Positions 1 through 10,721 of a DNA stretch of 64,000 nucleotides are shown piece after piece. The position numbers and the translations under genes were made by a program. Numbering within the stretch: the stretch's first letter is position 1; every line of letters begins with the position of its first letter. The notes under the pieces are model-generated. The model saw only the letters and a program-made list of their open reading frames with translations. It was not told where the DNA came from and did not search any database. The DNA comes from Eledone cirrhosa (lineage: Eukaryota), in assembly GCA_964016885.1 (NCBI GenBank), contig OZ024741.1:198462001-198526000 (forward strand), written 5' to 3'.

Positions 1-1600
1 TGCTAACGTCCGAGTCGATTCTCCTGGCTAGGAACAGGCTCCTATCCACCCCCATGTGGTGCATGTCATGCAACCCCTTCAGGTCTAACTCGGTCAGCCG
101 ACACACGGCAGCTATCTCATCCTCTACCTCCTCCGGCGCTTCCATCCAGGCTTTCTTCACTCTAGTTAAGATGTCCGCCCTATTTTTCTCTGAGGGCACG
201 AACACTACGCTCAGCTTCAGGTCGAACTCGGTGGCCAGCTCTCTTAACGTTCCCATGCGTCGCTTTATCAGCATCTCCGCCGCGCCTCTCGTTCGCACTC
301 TCTTCTCACTGGTGAGCACTGATCTTACCCATCCGAGTACGGTAGCCGAGTCGGTGCGTATCTCGATGGTGCGCAGCCCCCACCGCAGGGCGAGGTTCAC
401 CCCTCTCAACACCGCGTCCAGTTCGGCCACATTGATGTGGCTGCAGTCGTCCTTCCCCGTACCGCTATTTCCATCTCGCTGCGACCTCGGCATTCAATTT
501 TCCTGCCGTCGACTGCCCTTACGCTGCTCTTCCCTCCCCACCTCTGCGCCACCCCCGCGGTCACCAGTGTCGTCGTACAGCCCGTATCCACGAGGGCTCG
601 CTGTGGCTTCCCCCTCACGAAGACCTCCACCACCGGCAGCGCCGCTACTCGTAAGGGGCAACTACCGGCGCAGTAGTTCCCCTTAGACCGTTTCCCTGGT
701 CGCAGTTAGTAGCGATGTGGCCTGGTCGCTTACACCGGTAGCAGATTATATCCGGCTTCGACTCTCTACAGTCTCTAGCCATATGCGGCCCCTGACACCT
801 AAAACAACGGCCCTTAAATTCTCGCGAACGGCCGCGTGCCGAGGTTGCCTCCCTTTGACCATTTCGCTGCCAGGTGTCCTGAGCCTCCGTAGTCGCTATC
901 GCCGCGACACTCTTTTTGGCATCTTCCGCTATGATCCGGGCTTGTTCCACCAGTGAACGCATTTCCATCTTCTTGTACCCCGGGACTTGCTGCAGTTTCA
1001 CCGCTATGTCGTCCGGAAATCCATTGATGAATGCCAACCGCACCGTGCGTTCGCATTCTGCCTGGTAGCCCGCCAACATAGCCAACCGCCTTATTTCCGT
1101 TGCGAAAATGTCGACGCGCTCACCATTCCACCTGATTCTCGCCAGCTTAGCAAAAGCCGCCAACGGTCCCTCGGCGAATGCATCCATCAGACGCCTCTCA
1201 ATCTTCTGCACATCTCTTTGGCTGTGCTCGTCCAACTCAAGGAAGAGTACCAACGCGTCACCCTCGAGGTACAATGCAATGAGACCGGCCACGTCTTCTA
1301 TCTTCTGCAAGCCCGCAACCAGCCGAACCTTCCGCAGCCAAGCGACAACATCACCTTCCCCGGTGAATGGCCTGATAGCTTCGTTCATCCGTAGTCTTGT
1401 CGCCATCTTCTGATTTGTTTTGCGGCGTTTTCTTTTTTTTTTTTTTTTTTTTTTCAGTCGCCGAAATAGCTTGTAGTTAGAAAAAGCTATCTCACTTACC
1501 GCTTTTCACAGGCGCCGCTCAATTCCGCTGCAGGTACTCCTCTTCCACGTGCGTCCGACTGCTTAAAACCGGGAGCTGCCCAAAACGCGTCCTCACCGTA
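1..1600 (-). mobile_element. Ty3/gypsy LTR retrotransposon, internally deleted copy (gag, protease, RNase H/integrase)
   Basis: gag ORF 645-1406 with CxxC..H...C knuckles; protease ALVDTG; jumps near 450 directly into RNase H (HINVAELD), so RT is deleted; same family as 10722-14245. Confidence 0.92.
645..1406 (-). CDS. gypsy Gag, open 253 aa ORF with two zinc knuckles
   Basis: CFRCQGPHMARDC and CYRCKRPGHIATNC. Confidence 0.85.
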   Translation of the reverse strand: MATRLRMNEAIRPFTGEGDVVAWLRKVRLVAGLQKIEDVAGLIALYLEGDALVLFLELDEHSQRDVQKIERRLMDAFAEGPLAAFAKLARIRWNGERVDIFATEIRRLAMLAGYQAECERTVRLAFINGFPDDIAVKLQQVPGYKKMEMRSLVEQARIIAEDAKKSVAAIATTEAQDTWQRNGQREATSARGRSREFKGRCFRCQGPHMARDCRESKPDIICYRCKRPGHIATNCDQGNGLRGTTAPVVAPYE

Positions 1601-1632
1601 TGCTGGTCACCACTAGAGAGAGGCCCTCTCCT

Positions 1633-1712
1633 GGCCCTTCCGGTCGAGCATCCTTCCGGTCAAAGACCCCTTCCGGTCGAGCACTCAAAAACCCCTTCCG
1701 GTCGAGCACTCC
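1633..1712 (+). repeat. short imperfect tandem repeat (CCTTCCGGTC-based unit)
   Basis: Four CCTTCCGGTC copies at the gypsy/PLE junction. Confidence 0.7.
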
Positions 1713-1759
1713 CCCGCCCCCCGCCCCCGGCCACCGCACGCCACACCATACCCACACTA

Positions 1760-3760
1760 GCCTCGAGAATAATATTAATTTCGTCCTCCGTTAGGTCGGA
1801 ATTGACCTTAGCAAACGATAGGGCCTTACGTAAAGTGCTTGGTGAGATGGAAGAGTAGTATTCGTCTATGTCAAATTGTATAAACTTAGATTTATTCTTA
1901 TTCTTAACATTATTAAACCAGCGAATTGCTTCGCTAGTGTTGCCCCATAATTTAATTTCAATTTTCTTTTTCACTTGAGTTATTACTCTGTCAAGTATAT
2001 GTTTGCTAATTTTTCCTATGTCTGATTTAGAAGGGCATATAAGTCTAATCTTAGGGCTAGAGTCAAAATTTACCTTATGGTCCTTCAGGTTGAAGGTGGG
2101 GGTAGTGGGTATAATCGGCTCGGTTCTATCGTCTATCTTGAGATTCTTCACCACTTTATATGCCTCGTTGTTAATATTTGCTAGCGTAGTTTCATTTGTT
2201 TTTCTATATTTTTTGTGTAGTTCGTTGCGTATGAAGTTATTGTACGTATCGATATCCATGGTATACACGTTAGAGGTCTTGTCAGCTTTCACAACAATTC
2301 CATTGGTATTTTGCAGTCTTCGGAGTAGTGCTTTCATGTTGCTCTGCAGCTCGTTATTTCTATGTTTGTTGAACTTAATGTTCATGGTCGTTTTCATTAA
2401 ATCTTGTTCGAAAGCATCGAGATGAGGGTTTGTGGGTGGGTTTTTACATGATTTAAAACCATATGATTCAGACGAGTGACTGGCGCGTCCTTTATCGAAA
2501 TGGAAAGCTTTCCATCGTACACGCCGAATGAAGTCGTTATTGCGTTGAATCATACTAAGAATATATTCCCTTTTGTTAGGTATAGGTATGTTTTTAAGTG
2601 ACATACCTATATGATGCCTTTCCATATTAATGCCGTGTGTCGGTGTCGTTGCTCAACTGTGTAGGGGGCGATTATTAGGTATAGGATTACCCAAGATGTA
2701 GTAATGGTTAATTACTACACTGGATATGGTTGACGTACGGTGAGAGGTTACTCTACGAGTTATGAAAGAATTGTTGGAGAAACTTAGTTCCTGATCCTTC
2801 TGTATTCCGGAGTGTATATAAAGAATGAATAATAACAGGTAGACATCATAAAAAGGTAATGTTTCCACGGTGGTACTACAGCCTAGTTATGCTATGTGCA
2901 AATTTACAAGTGCATATCGGAGTGGATTGAAGTACTGCAGGTTATGTAACCTTGAACTCTTTTACATATTAAAATCCAAAAACAAACTACTTAACGATAG
3001 AATTGAACGATCATTATACTGCAACCACAAACTAAAAGCTAAATTCTCTCACTATAAAATAACTTAACATTCGAACCCGTAACTATAACATCGCTTTCTA
3101 GCTAACCACCTTCTCTTCCCCCCACACTACAAGACAATACACTGCTTATCACTATAAATGGTAACTCAGTGCAATTCATAGATTACTACTACAAACCCAA
3201 AGTTCACTCACCACATAAACTTCGTCTGTCCCCTCTCTACCTCTCTCTCTACATCCATTACACTCTCTCTCTCTCGCCTTTGGCCTACCTCCCTCTCCAC
3301 ATCTATGAACCTGCCCTCTGGGGCAATAAATAATTCCGACCTTAACTATCAACGCATCTCTCCAAAAGTAACCAGTATAATAAAACCCCTACCATAACAT
3401 TTTGATTAAGATATCTACAAACCACTCTCTCCTACTTCTCCAACCCCTGCATATCTTTCTCTCTCTCTCCCTCTCCCCTACTTTTCTCTCTCCCTTTTCT
3501 ACTCTATCTTCCCCAACAACCCCACTTAAGGGTATTTACATTGTACATTTTACCATTCTGCTCTGAGGATACAGTGGTCACAGCATTGGATATTTGAGTT
3601 CTGCAAATACTTGTAAATTTGCACATAGCATAACTAGGCTGTAGTACCACCGTGGAAACATTTGTAAGCACACGGAATAAATTACCTTTTTATGATGTCT
3701 ACCTGTTATTATTCATTCTTTATATACACTCCGGAATACAGAAGGATCAGGAACTAAGTT
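1760..3760. mobile_element. Penelope-like element with inverted pLTR: RT N-terminal half on the minus strand, GIY-YIG C-terminus plus pLTR on the plus strand
   Basis: Minus ORF from 2625 has RWKAFHF, VVKADK, LKDHK, RLICP and FIQFDIDEYYSSI. Plus 2870-3067 has CRLCNLE...LNDR.E...CNH. 2781-2910 is an inverted copy of 3609-3760. Confidence 0.88.
3559..3670 (+). ncRNA. type I hammerhead ribozyme in the PLE pLTR
   Basis: Stem I TGCT/AGCA; CTGAGGA 3563-69; stem II TAC-AGTGGT..ACAGC/GCTGT..ACCACC-GTG; GAAA 3655-58; GTA site 3664-66. Confidence 0.75.
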
Positions 3761-3771
3761 TTTTTTTTTTT

Positions 3772-5880
3772 AGTTGGGGGCAGGACGGAAATCTGTGAGA
3801 GGGGCTGACCCTGAGCAAATATAGAAGCTTAGGAATAGACAGGTAGTTCCTGAGTATAAAGAAACCTTGATGGGGTTCGATAACTTTGATATTCCTCAGC
3901 AGCTGCTCAAGGCCAACCATCTTCGATTGGAAGATTGATTCGAAGGCCAGGTCTGTGATTGGGGCTCCTAAGGAGCACCAACCCGACCGGGGAGGGACTG
4001 CGATGGAAGGGAAGGACTCTGCAAACAGGTCGATTAGCTGTTGGTGTTGAGAAGCCGGGTGGTTGAGGATCTAGAGCTCACATTTGGAGCAATTGACCTG
4101 GAGACCCAGGCGGCCAAGCTTCTCAACCATCTTGTTGGCAGTGACTAGAACCATATCCAGAGTTCCCCCGAAACAGGCGTCGTCGAGATAGCAGACATTG
4201 AGGTCCAACTCAACCCCCATCTTGGTGACGTCATCGATTCCCGGTGCAAACAGAACGGGCCCGAGTGGATCACCCTGTTGGACTCCTGAGGCAGAGGTGA
4301 TGATTTGGTCACCAAAAGAGAGGTAGGATGGCTCCCAATAAGTCTGCCAAACAAAGTGGAAGAGTTGTGGGACCCTCTCTCTTACTGAGCTGAGGACGAT
4401 GTCGCGGCTGACGGAGTTGAATGCATCTTGAGGTCAAGTTTGAGGATGACCTTGGGGGACGAGGAGGGCAAGTTGGTAAATGCTCTGGTAGCGTGGACAG
4501 CAACCTCACATCCCAACCTGGTACCCACCCCCAGATGGATGGGGGAAAATTCCTCCTCCAGTGAGTCAGAGACCAACAGCAAAAACGCCTTTGCAGTGAG
4601 GCGGCGAAGAGTGCAGCCAGCTGCAATGGGGCGCAGGTCCCCGTTGGACTTGGTGAGACCAAATAGCTTCGCACCGAAGAACAGTTGGCGGATGAACGGG
4701 AGAACGTTCACTGAAGAGAACTGATTCACAAATTGAGTCAGACTCTCCAAGAGCTCGAGTCCGGCGTCACCGGCCGATAAGGAGATACCATCCTTGAGGT
4801 GTTGAGGATGAAGGCCGTCAATTCCCGCACCTGACGCAGCGGGGAAGGATGAAATCGCCTTTCTGATGATATCGGTGGTGTAAACCGGTCTCAAGTATTC
4901 TGGTGGTTTGGGCCAGTGTAGCTGATCATCCAGGGGTGCCGATGGGTGCTTCTCTTTCAGACCCTCAAGAGAATCAGAGTTGCATGGAGCAAGGGAAGAC
5001 AGAGAAGAGAGGAGACGGACTGCCCTTTTAATGTCAAATTGGCTGAATTTGGCATTGACCACTCGCTTGAGGTTTACCGGTTGTCTGTTGGTGGACACCG
5101 AGCCCGATGTCGAACTGAGATGAGACGTGGTTGGAGTGGACTCAAACAGCTGGAACTGCCGCTTGAGAGAGGACGTGAGGGAACCCGAATTCGCATTGTG
5201 CACGTGAAGAGAGATGAGGGGAAACAAAAACAATTTCTGCCAGTCAGACCTATTGTTGGACGAACAAACATTTTTCAATAAATTAGAGAGGGCACGTGCA
5301 AAGCTATTCTGAGCTCCCTTAGGGATCCGGTTAACAAGCTTTGATTTGGAGAAGCCTTGGAGGGCTGTGGCAAATTCTTCAGTAGAGAGTTGGTCATCGA
5401 AGCGCGGGGCATCTCCACAGAATACGTCGGAGCTGAAATGGCACCGATTACAGGTCCAGTGTTGAAGCCTTTCGGCTTGAGCTTTGGTGATGCCGACACA
5501 GTTTCTGCGGTAGCTTGCATGGCATAGGTGACATTTAATTTTCTTTAAGTACCGGCTAGTGCGGGCACAGAGAGCGCAATCAGGTGGTGGGCTGGCAGCA
5601 GCCGGCAGTAGAGGGCCAGCGTTGGAATTCGGTGAAGGGAGTGAGTCAGTAAAGGAGGCACCAGTGGTTCTAACGGTGAGCTAATAGTTGTAGGGGTGGT
5701 GTGGTTGACCGGGTTGGTTTCGTTCGGAATTTGCCGTGAAGAGGAGGTGGGGGTAGATGGGGGAAAGTTAGCTCCTCTCGTGCGTGCCGAAGTTGGTGCA
5801 GAATGAGAGGTCGAAGGCTGACCGGTTGTCACATAGTCGTTCCACCAAGCAGGTCTCTGGGTCGTTCGACGCATACCACC
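3772..5880 (-). mobile_element. CRE-clade non-LTR retrotransposon RT region, frameshifted and 3'-truncated
   Basis: SGAGIDGL, GDLRPIAAGCTLRRLTAK, LGVG...GCEVAVHA, LKLDL-NAFN, QQGDPLGP, LDD and PKLLYLLR motifs. Confidence 0.85.
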
Positions 5881-6759
5881 GCCACCAAGAGTGGACTAGG
5901 TTAAAGTGGTGACAACTTTAGCAATAGGCAATCGCCGGTGATAGTTCGGTCGAAACATCGAGTCACCGACAGGTTGAACTAATACATAGATTGGTTGTGC
6001 GCGAGGACGAAATAAGGGGTGAGCAAGGGGAGGGATAGAAAGTGGAGAAGGGGGAAGGGGGGAGAAGATTATGTGTGCGTGGAGAAGAGTGTGGTCATGT
6101 GAGAGGCAGGTAAATACAGTGGGAGAGAAAGAGCACTGAACATGCAAAGAGAAGGAAAATAAAAACGCTAGAAGTACAAAATCTAAGGCTGTGAGTTTGT
6201 GTAATATTTCGCATGGGTAAATCCGCAGTAAAAACCGAAATTGTGAGTTTGTGTAAAAAAAAACACATGGGCAAGACTTCAGTAAAATCAAAACCTGAAT
6301 GATAGTGATACAAGATGTTTACAATTACAAAGTGATTACATTACTGGTCCTGAATTCTATCAAGTGGTCAAAGCTTCTAATTCTGTGAAATAGAATGGAA
6401 GTATGGATTGAGCTTTCAGTGACACCTGTCTATAAATAGATTCAGGTTATTTCAAGAGGGAGATGGGATGGTGCCATGTGTTATTTCTTCTTGCGGGGGG
6501 AAAGTCGATTGCGAGCATGTCGGATGTCACGTTAGTTGAAAACACACGAAAACACCTAAGGAAAAAAACAAAAAGAAATTTCTCAGTTAACCACAGGGGA
6601 TGCTCTTCATTGAATTTTTCCTTTCTATGAGATTAGAAATAAAATTTTGTGATTAGGAATATAATTTTGTTGCGCCAAAAGTTGGGAGCGTCATGATCGT
6701 GACTGGTGACAATCCCCAAAACAATTCATGTTTATTTTATCAAGTAAAATGAAATTATC

Positions 6760-6975
6760 ACATGAATGGAGAAGGTGTTTCCCTGGAGGATGGTAAGGGA
6801 GGTGCACTGGAAGGGCCATTCTTCTCGCGAGGCTCACACCTGCGGCTGGCCAGCTCAGCGCCTATGGTGGTGAGTAGGGAGGTAGCCCTAGGGCCAAGGA
6901 GTCCAGAAGTCCTCACTGCCAAGGGCACGACCGCAAACCTGTCGGAGAGCGACCAGTACTTGGAGAGTTTCTAAT
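6760..6975 (-). mobile_element. CRE-like restriction-enzyme-like endonuclease C-terminal fragment
   Basis: Minus translation KLSKY..SDRFAVVPLAV..SGLLGPRA...IGAELA. Confidence 0.6.
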
Positions 6976-7889
6976 TGAAACCTTAGTGTTAACCAGTAAC
7001 ATGAACTAAAACACGCAGGGCGTTTACATTTGCGACTGTATGCGTGCGTGTGTGATTTCTGTACGATATATTACGGGGACCTCTAGTTGGTTAATTGAGT
7101 AGTTCTAGACAAAGGTAGGTTAATAGGAACCTCACAAATACAACGACCAAAATATACGACCAGAGTGAGAGAAAGAAAAAAAAAAGGAAACAAATTCACC
7201 ACCAAGTGCGATAATCGGTCACACATCACAAGAGTACCGGAATATTAGGTTAACACGTGATCCTCACTGGAATATTTATCTCATCTAACATCAGTGAAGT
7301 GGAGCAACAAAATTGAATTCATACAGAACGTATGTGTGTTGGTGCGTGTATGTGTAGGCTATGTGTCTGTATTTGCGGGAGGTGGTGATGTATGTGTGTT
7401 CAGGTAATACGATGGTGGTCGTCGTGTGACTGAATATGACGATCAATATTATTTCTTGTCTCTCATGGTCAGACATATTTAAGAGGTAAACCAGAAATAA
7501 AACAAATCGATCACTTGAAAGGTCAATAATCCATTCTATTTTAGGAAATATCCCCCGAGGCGAATTCCTAAATGTATTAACAAACTTACACTAGGAATTA
7601 AACTTCTAAAAATAAACATAAATTTGCTGACATGGTATTTTTGTAAATCCTCTTTGTATGTTAATTTGTTGGTATTAGCGAAGTGCATATCAACCGAAGA
7701 AAGTATTTTCTTGTAAATTACAACAAAGCAATTATTTTCGGTAATTATGGTTATACTTACTCTCGGGTTCTGAATAATGGGGACGGGGTAGAGGCGGAGG
7801 GGAGGGGAAGGGTCAGTAATTTTTCTAGGTTGTCTCCGATGAATTTTTACAAAACAGAATTAGTCATTTAGTTTACATATTGAGACCCT

Positions 7890-8680
7890 TTTTCTTCGTC
7901 TGATGTGATGGTGCATCCCAGGTAGGTGGACTGTTTTCAGTTCAGTCTTACCAATGGTGTGATGGGGAGAGCGGTACTCTTCCTGGGGTGCAGGCTGATG
8001 GAGTACCTCGGTCATCTTTAAGCTGACTTCCAGCCCAAAGAACTGGGCAAACTTTGCGAAGCGGGAAGTGGGCAACAAGAGCAACATCGTCGGCAAAAAG
8101 GATCTCGGATCAGTTGTTTTAGGGTCTTTGTGTGAGCTTGTAGTTGACGAAGATTAAACAGGCTGCAATCAAGATGGACTCCGTCCTCATCATCAAGATC
8201 TTCTGAGACCTGCTTGAGCATCATGCTGAAGAAGATGGTGAAGAGAGTCAGTGCCAGGATGCAACCCTGCTTCACTCTGTTGATGATCAGAAAGGGGTCT
8301 AAGAAGCCACTGCTGAGCCTGACTCGGCCACGCTGGTCTTTGTGCAGCTAGATGACCATGTTCAGTAACTTTGGGGGACATCTGAGTCGTTCCATGATCT
8401 GCCACATTCCTTTTCTGCTCACTGTATCAACTACTTTAGTCAAGTCAACGAACGCTATGTACAGTCCTTTATTTTGCTCTTGGCACTTCTTTTGGAGCTG
8501 CCTAAGAACAAACACCATGTCTGTGGTGTTCCTGTTGACTCTGAAACCACACTGGATTCTGGGAGGTGTTCTTCTTTGATGGTAGATACCAGCCTGCTTA
8601 GCAGCATCCTTTCCCGCGACAGAAAGCAGAGTAACCCCCCGGTAATTTGAGTAGTCTACCCTTTCCTCTTTCTCCTTGTA
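7890..8680 (-). mobile_element. RTE-clade LINE RT fragment, decayed
   Basis: NYRGVTLLS, QCGFR, LYIAFVDLTK..DTVSR, KQGCILA.TLF. Confidence 0.85.
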
Positions 8681-8855
8681 CAGCTCCCTCCGAGTTGTCC
8701 TCATCCAATTTACAAACATATACACGGAGCTGGCCCATTCACACGAGCCATGCTCACCATTCCCACCCACATATATATATGACTATCCAAGGATAACTTG
8801 AACCGTTAAGGTATATTCTGCTTGGTTTATGTCAAAATTTATAAAACACACTTCG

Positions 8856-8916
8856 TATTTTATCTGATGATAGCGTACCAAAATTTTAGTACCCTAGAAA
8901 TATATATAATAGAATA
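8856..8916 (+). ncRNA. type I hammerhead ribozyme
   Basis: Stem I TATTTTAT/ATAGAATA; CTGATGA 8864-70; stem II TAG..GTAC/GTAC..CTA; GAAA 8897-8900; ATA site 8906-08. Confidence 0.8.
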
Positions 8917-9024
8917 AATATGGTTTTATAAATATAGTTTCCATTTATTTAATATCATTGTGTGTATGTATATATATAAATACAATATATTAACAAATGG
9001 AAACTATATTTATAAAACCATATT

Positions 9025-9090
9025 TATTTCATTATACATATTTCAAGGGCCACCAGAGCAAACTATGGTGCGCTTTCATCAGATAAAATA
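9025..9090 (-). ncRNA. type I hammerhead ribozyme
   Basis: Minus: TATTTTAT CTGATGA AAG-CGCACCA..TGGTGGC-CCTT GAAA TATGT ATA ATGAAATA. Confidence 0.8.
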
Positions 9091-9196
9091 TAATATAGGT
9101 TAGTTTTATAAATAAATATTGACATACCCTTAAAAAATGCAACCATTCTGGTTGGAATCTCCTGGATAGTATATATATATATATATATAATATCAT

Positions 9197-9271
<75 letters not shown>

Positions 9272-9314
9272 CAATGATATTAATAAATGGAAACTATATT
9301 TATAAAACCATATT

Positions 9315-9375
9315 TATTCTATTATATATATTTTAAGGGTACCAACATTTTGGTACGCTATCATCAGATAAAATA
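9315..9375 (-). ncRNA. hammerhead motif with core mutation (GAAA to AAAA), probably inactive
   Basis: Mirror copy of 8856-8916 with TTTT at 9331-34 instead of TTTC. Confidence 0.65.
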
Positions 9376-10513
9376 CAAAGTTTGTTTTATAAATAGTGAC
9401 ATACCCAGGAATCAGACCTTAACAGTTCAAGTTCCGTTTGATAGTGAAAGGAAAGGCGGGGGGAGAGGATAAAAAAACAAATATTTCAAATTATTTTGAT
9501 GAATATGCAAATGAAGTTGAAGCGTAGGGCTGAAAAAAATCGATATTTTTAGACGCTAGGTAGATTTAAATAATTATTAGGATATATATATGTGGGAAGA
9601 AGACAGAGAAGCTTATATTAATAATTGTTTCTACGTTAGGCACAAGGCCAGCGATTACCCAGAGCATTACTGGTACTTTATTTTATCGACCCCGTAAGGA
9701 TGAAAGGCAAAGTTAACCTCGACGGGAAAAATTAAAACGTTAAAAATTAAAAGTTTGTTGAAGTGGTGGAATATCAATCTAGAATTTATATATATCTATA
9801 TACTGTATCTATATCTATATACTGTATGTCTGTATCTATGTACTGCATATATTATATATTATATATATGGTGTTGTTGTTGTTGTTGTTGTTGTTGTTTT
9901 TTTTTGGGGGGGGGGGGTCGAGATACTCCTAGTCTTCATTAAGACATCTCCCTAGCTAGGAGAAGGTCACTGATATAAAACCTGCGACTTCGTTTGCATC
10001 CAACGATGTAGACCAAAGGTTATCAACGGGGGGGGGGGGGGCATATGCACCCCCGGTGGGTGTTTCGGAACTCCAGAAGGGCGTTTGGGAGCAAGGTCGC
10101 GTTAGGGGGGGGGGGGTTAAAGGGGCACTGGAAGGTTCTTTATTTTGGTAAGTTTTATAAGCCATATTTGTATGTCGTTAAGACAGCCAGTGTGAATGCA
10201 TTTGAATGAGCTTGCAGACAGCATAACTATAGTCTGGCCGCAGCTGTGAGCGGGTGTGCAGGCATGTACGGTAATTGAGACGTTAACCGGTAATTGAGAT
10301 CCTAAAAATGGAAAAACCCACAGTCAACTAGGTCAAAGACACTGAGTGCAGCCAGTTAGAATCTTATCTTTCCTTCACCGATAACAATGTATTTCATGTC
10401 TGTAATTATTGATTCAACCGTAACGAGTTAACACTATATAGATCTATTTTATTCCCTATTGTATAAATAATATTACAAATAAAAAAAAGAAAAGAAAAAA
10501 CAGAAGCGAGTAG

Positions 10514-10721
10514 CACACACATCTAGGACGACATACAACACATAATCAGATAATACACACATCTAGGACGACATACAACACATAATCAGATAATACACAC
10601 ATCTAGGACGACATACAACACATAATCAGATAATACACACATCTAGGACGACATACAACACATAATCAGATAATACACACATCTAGGACTACATACAACA
10701 CATAATCAGATAATACACACA
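10514..10721 (+). repeat. 40-bp minisatellite, about 5 copies
   Basis: Unit ACACACATCTAGGACGACATACAACACATAATCAGATAAT, near-identical copies. Confidence 0.95.

Larger units (their letters stand above)
8785..9440. repeat. convergent inverted repeat of hammerhead-bearing short elements around (TA)n
   Basis: 8790-8960 is the reverse complement of about 9270-9435; a third related copy lies at 8990-9130; (TA)n at 9199-9263. Confidence 0.8.

Noticed and set aside
54-686. 210-aa plus-strand ORF, and 12452-13087 on the minus strand
   Set aside because: Antisense shadows of gypsy pol.
10514-10721. CRISPR-like array
   Set aside because: Head-to-tail identical units with no unique spacers, no cas genes and a eukaryotic context; the same applies to 25805-26038.
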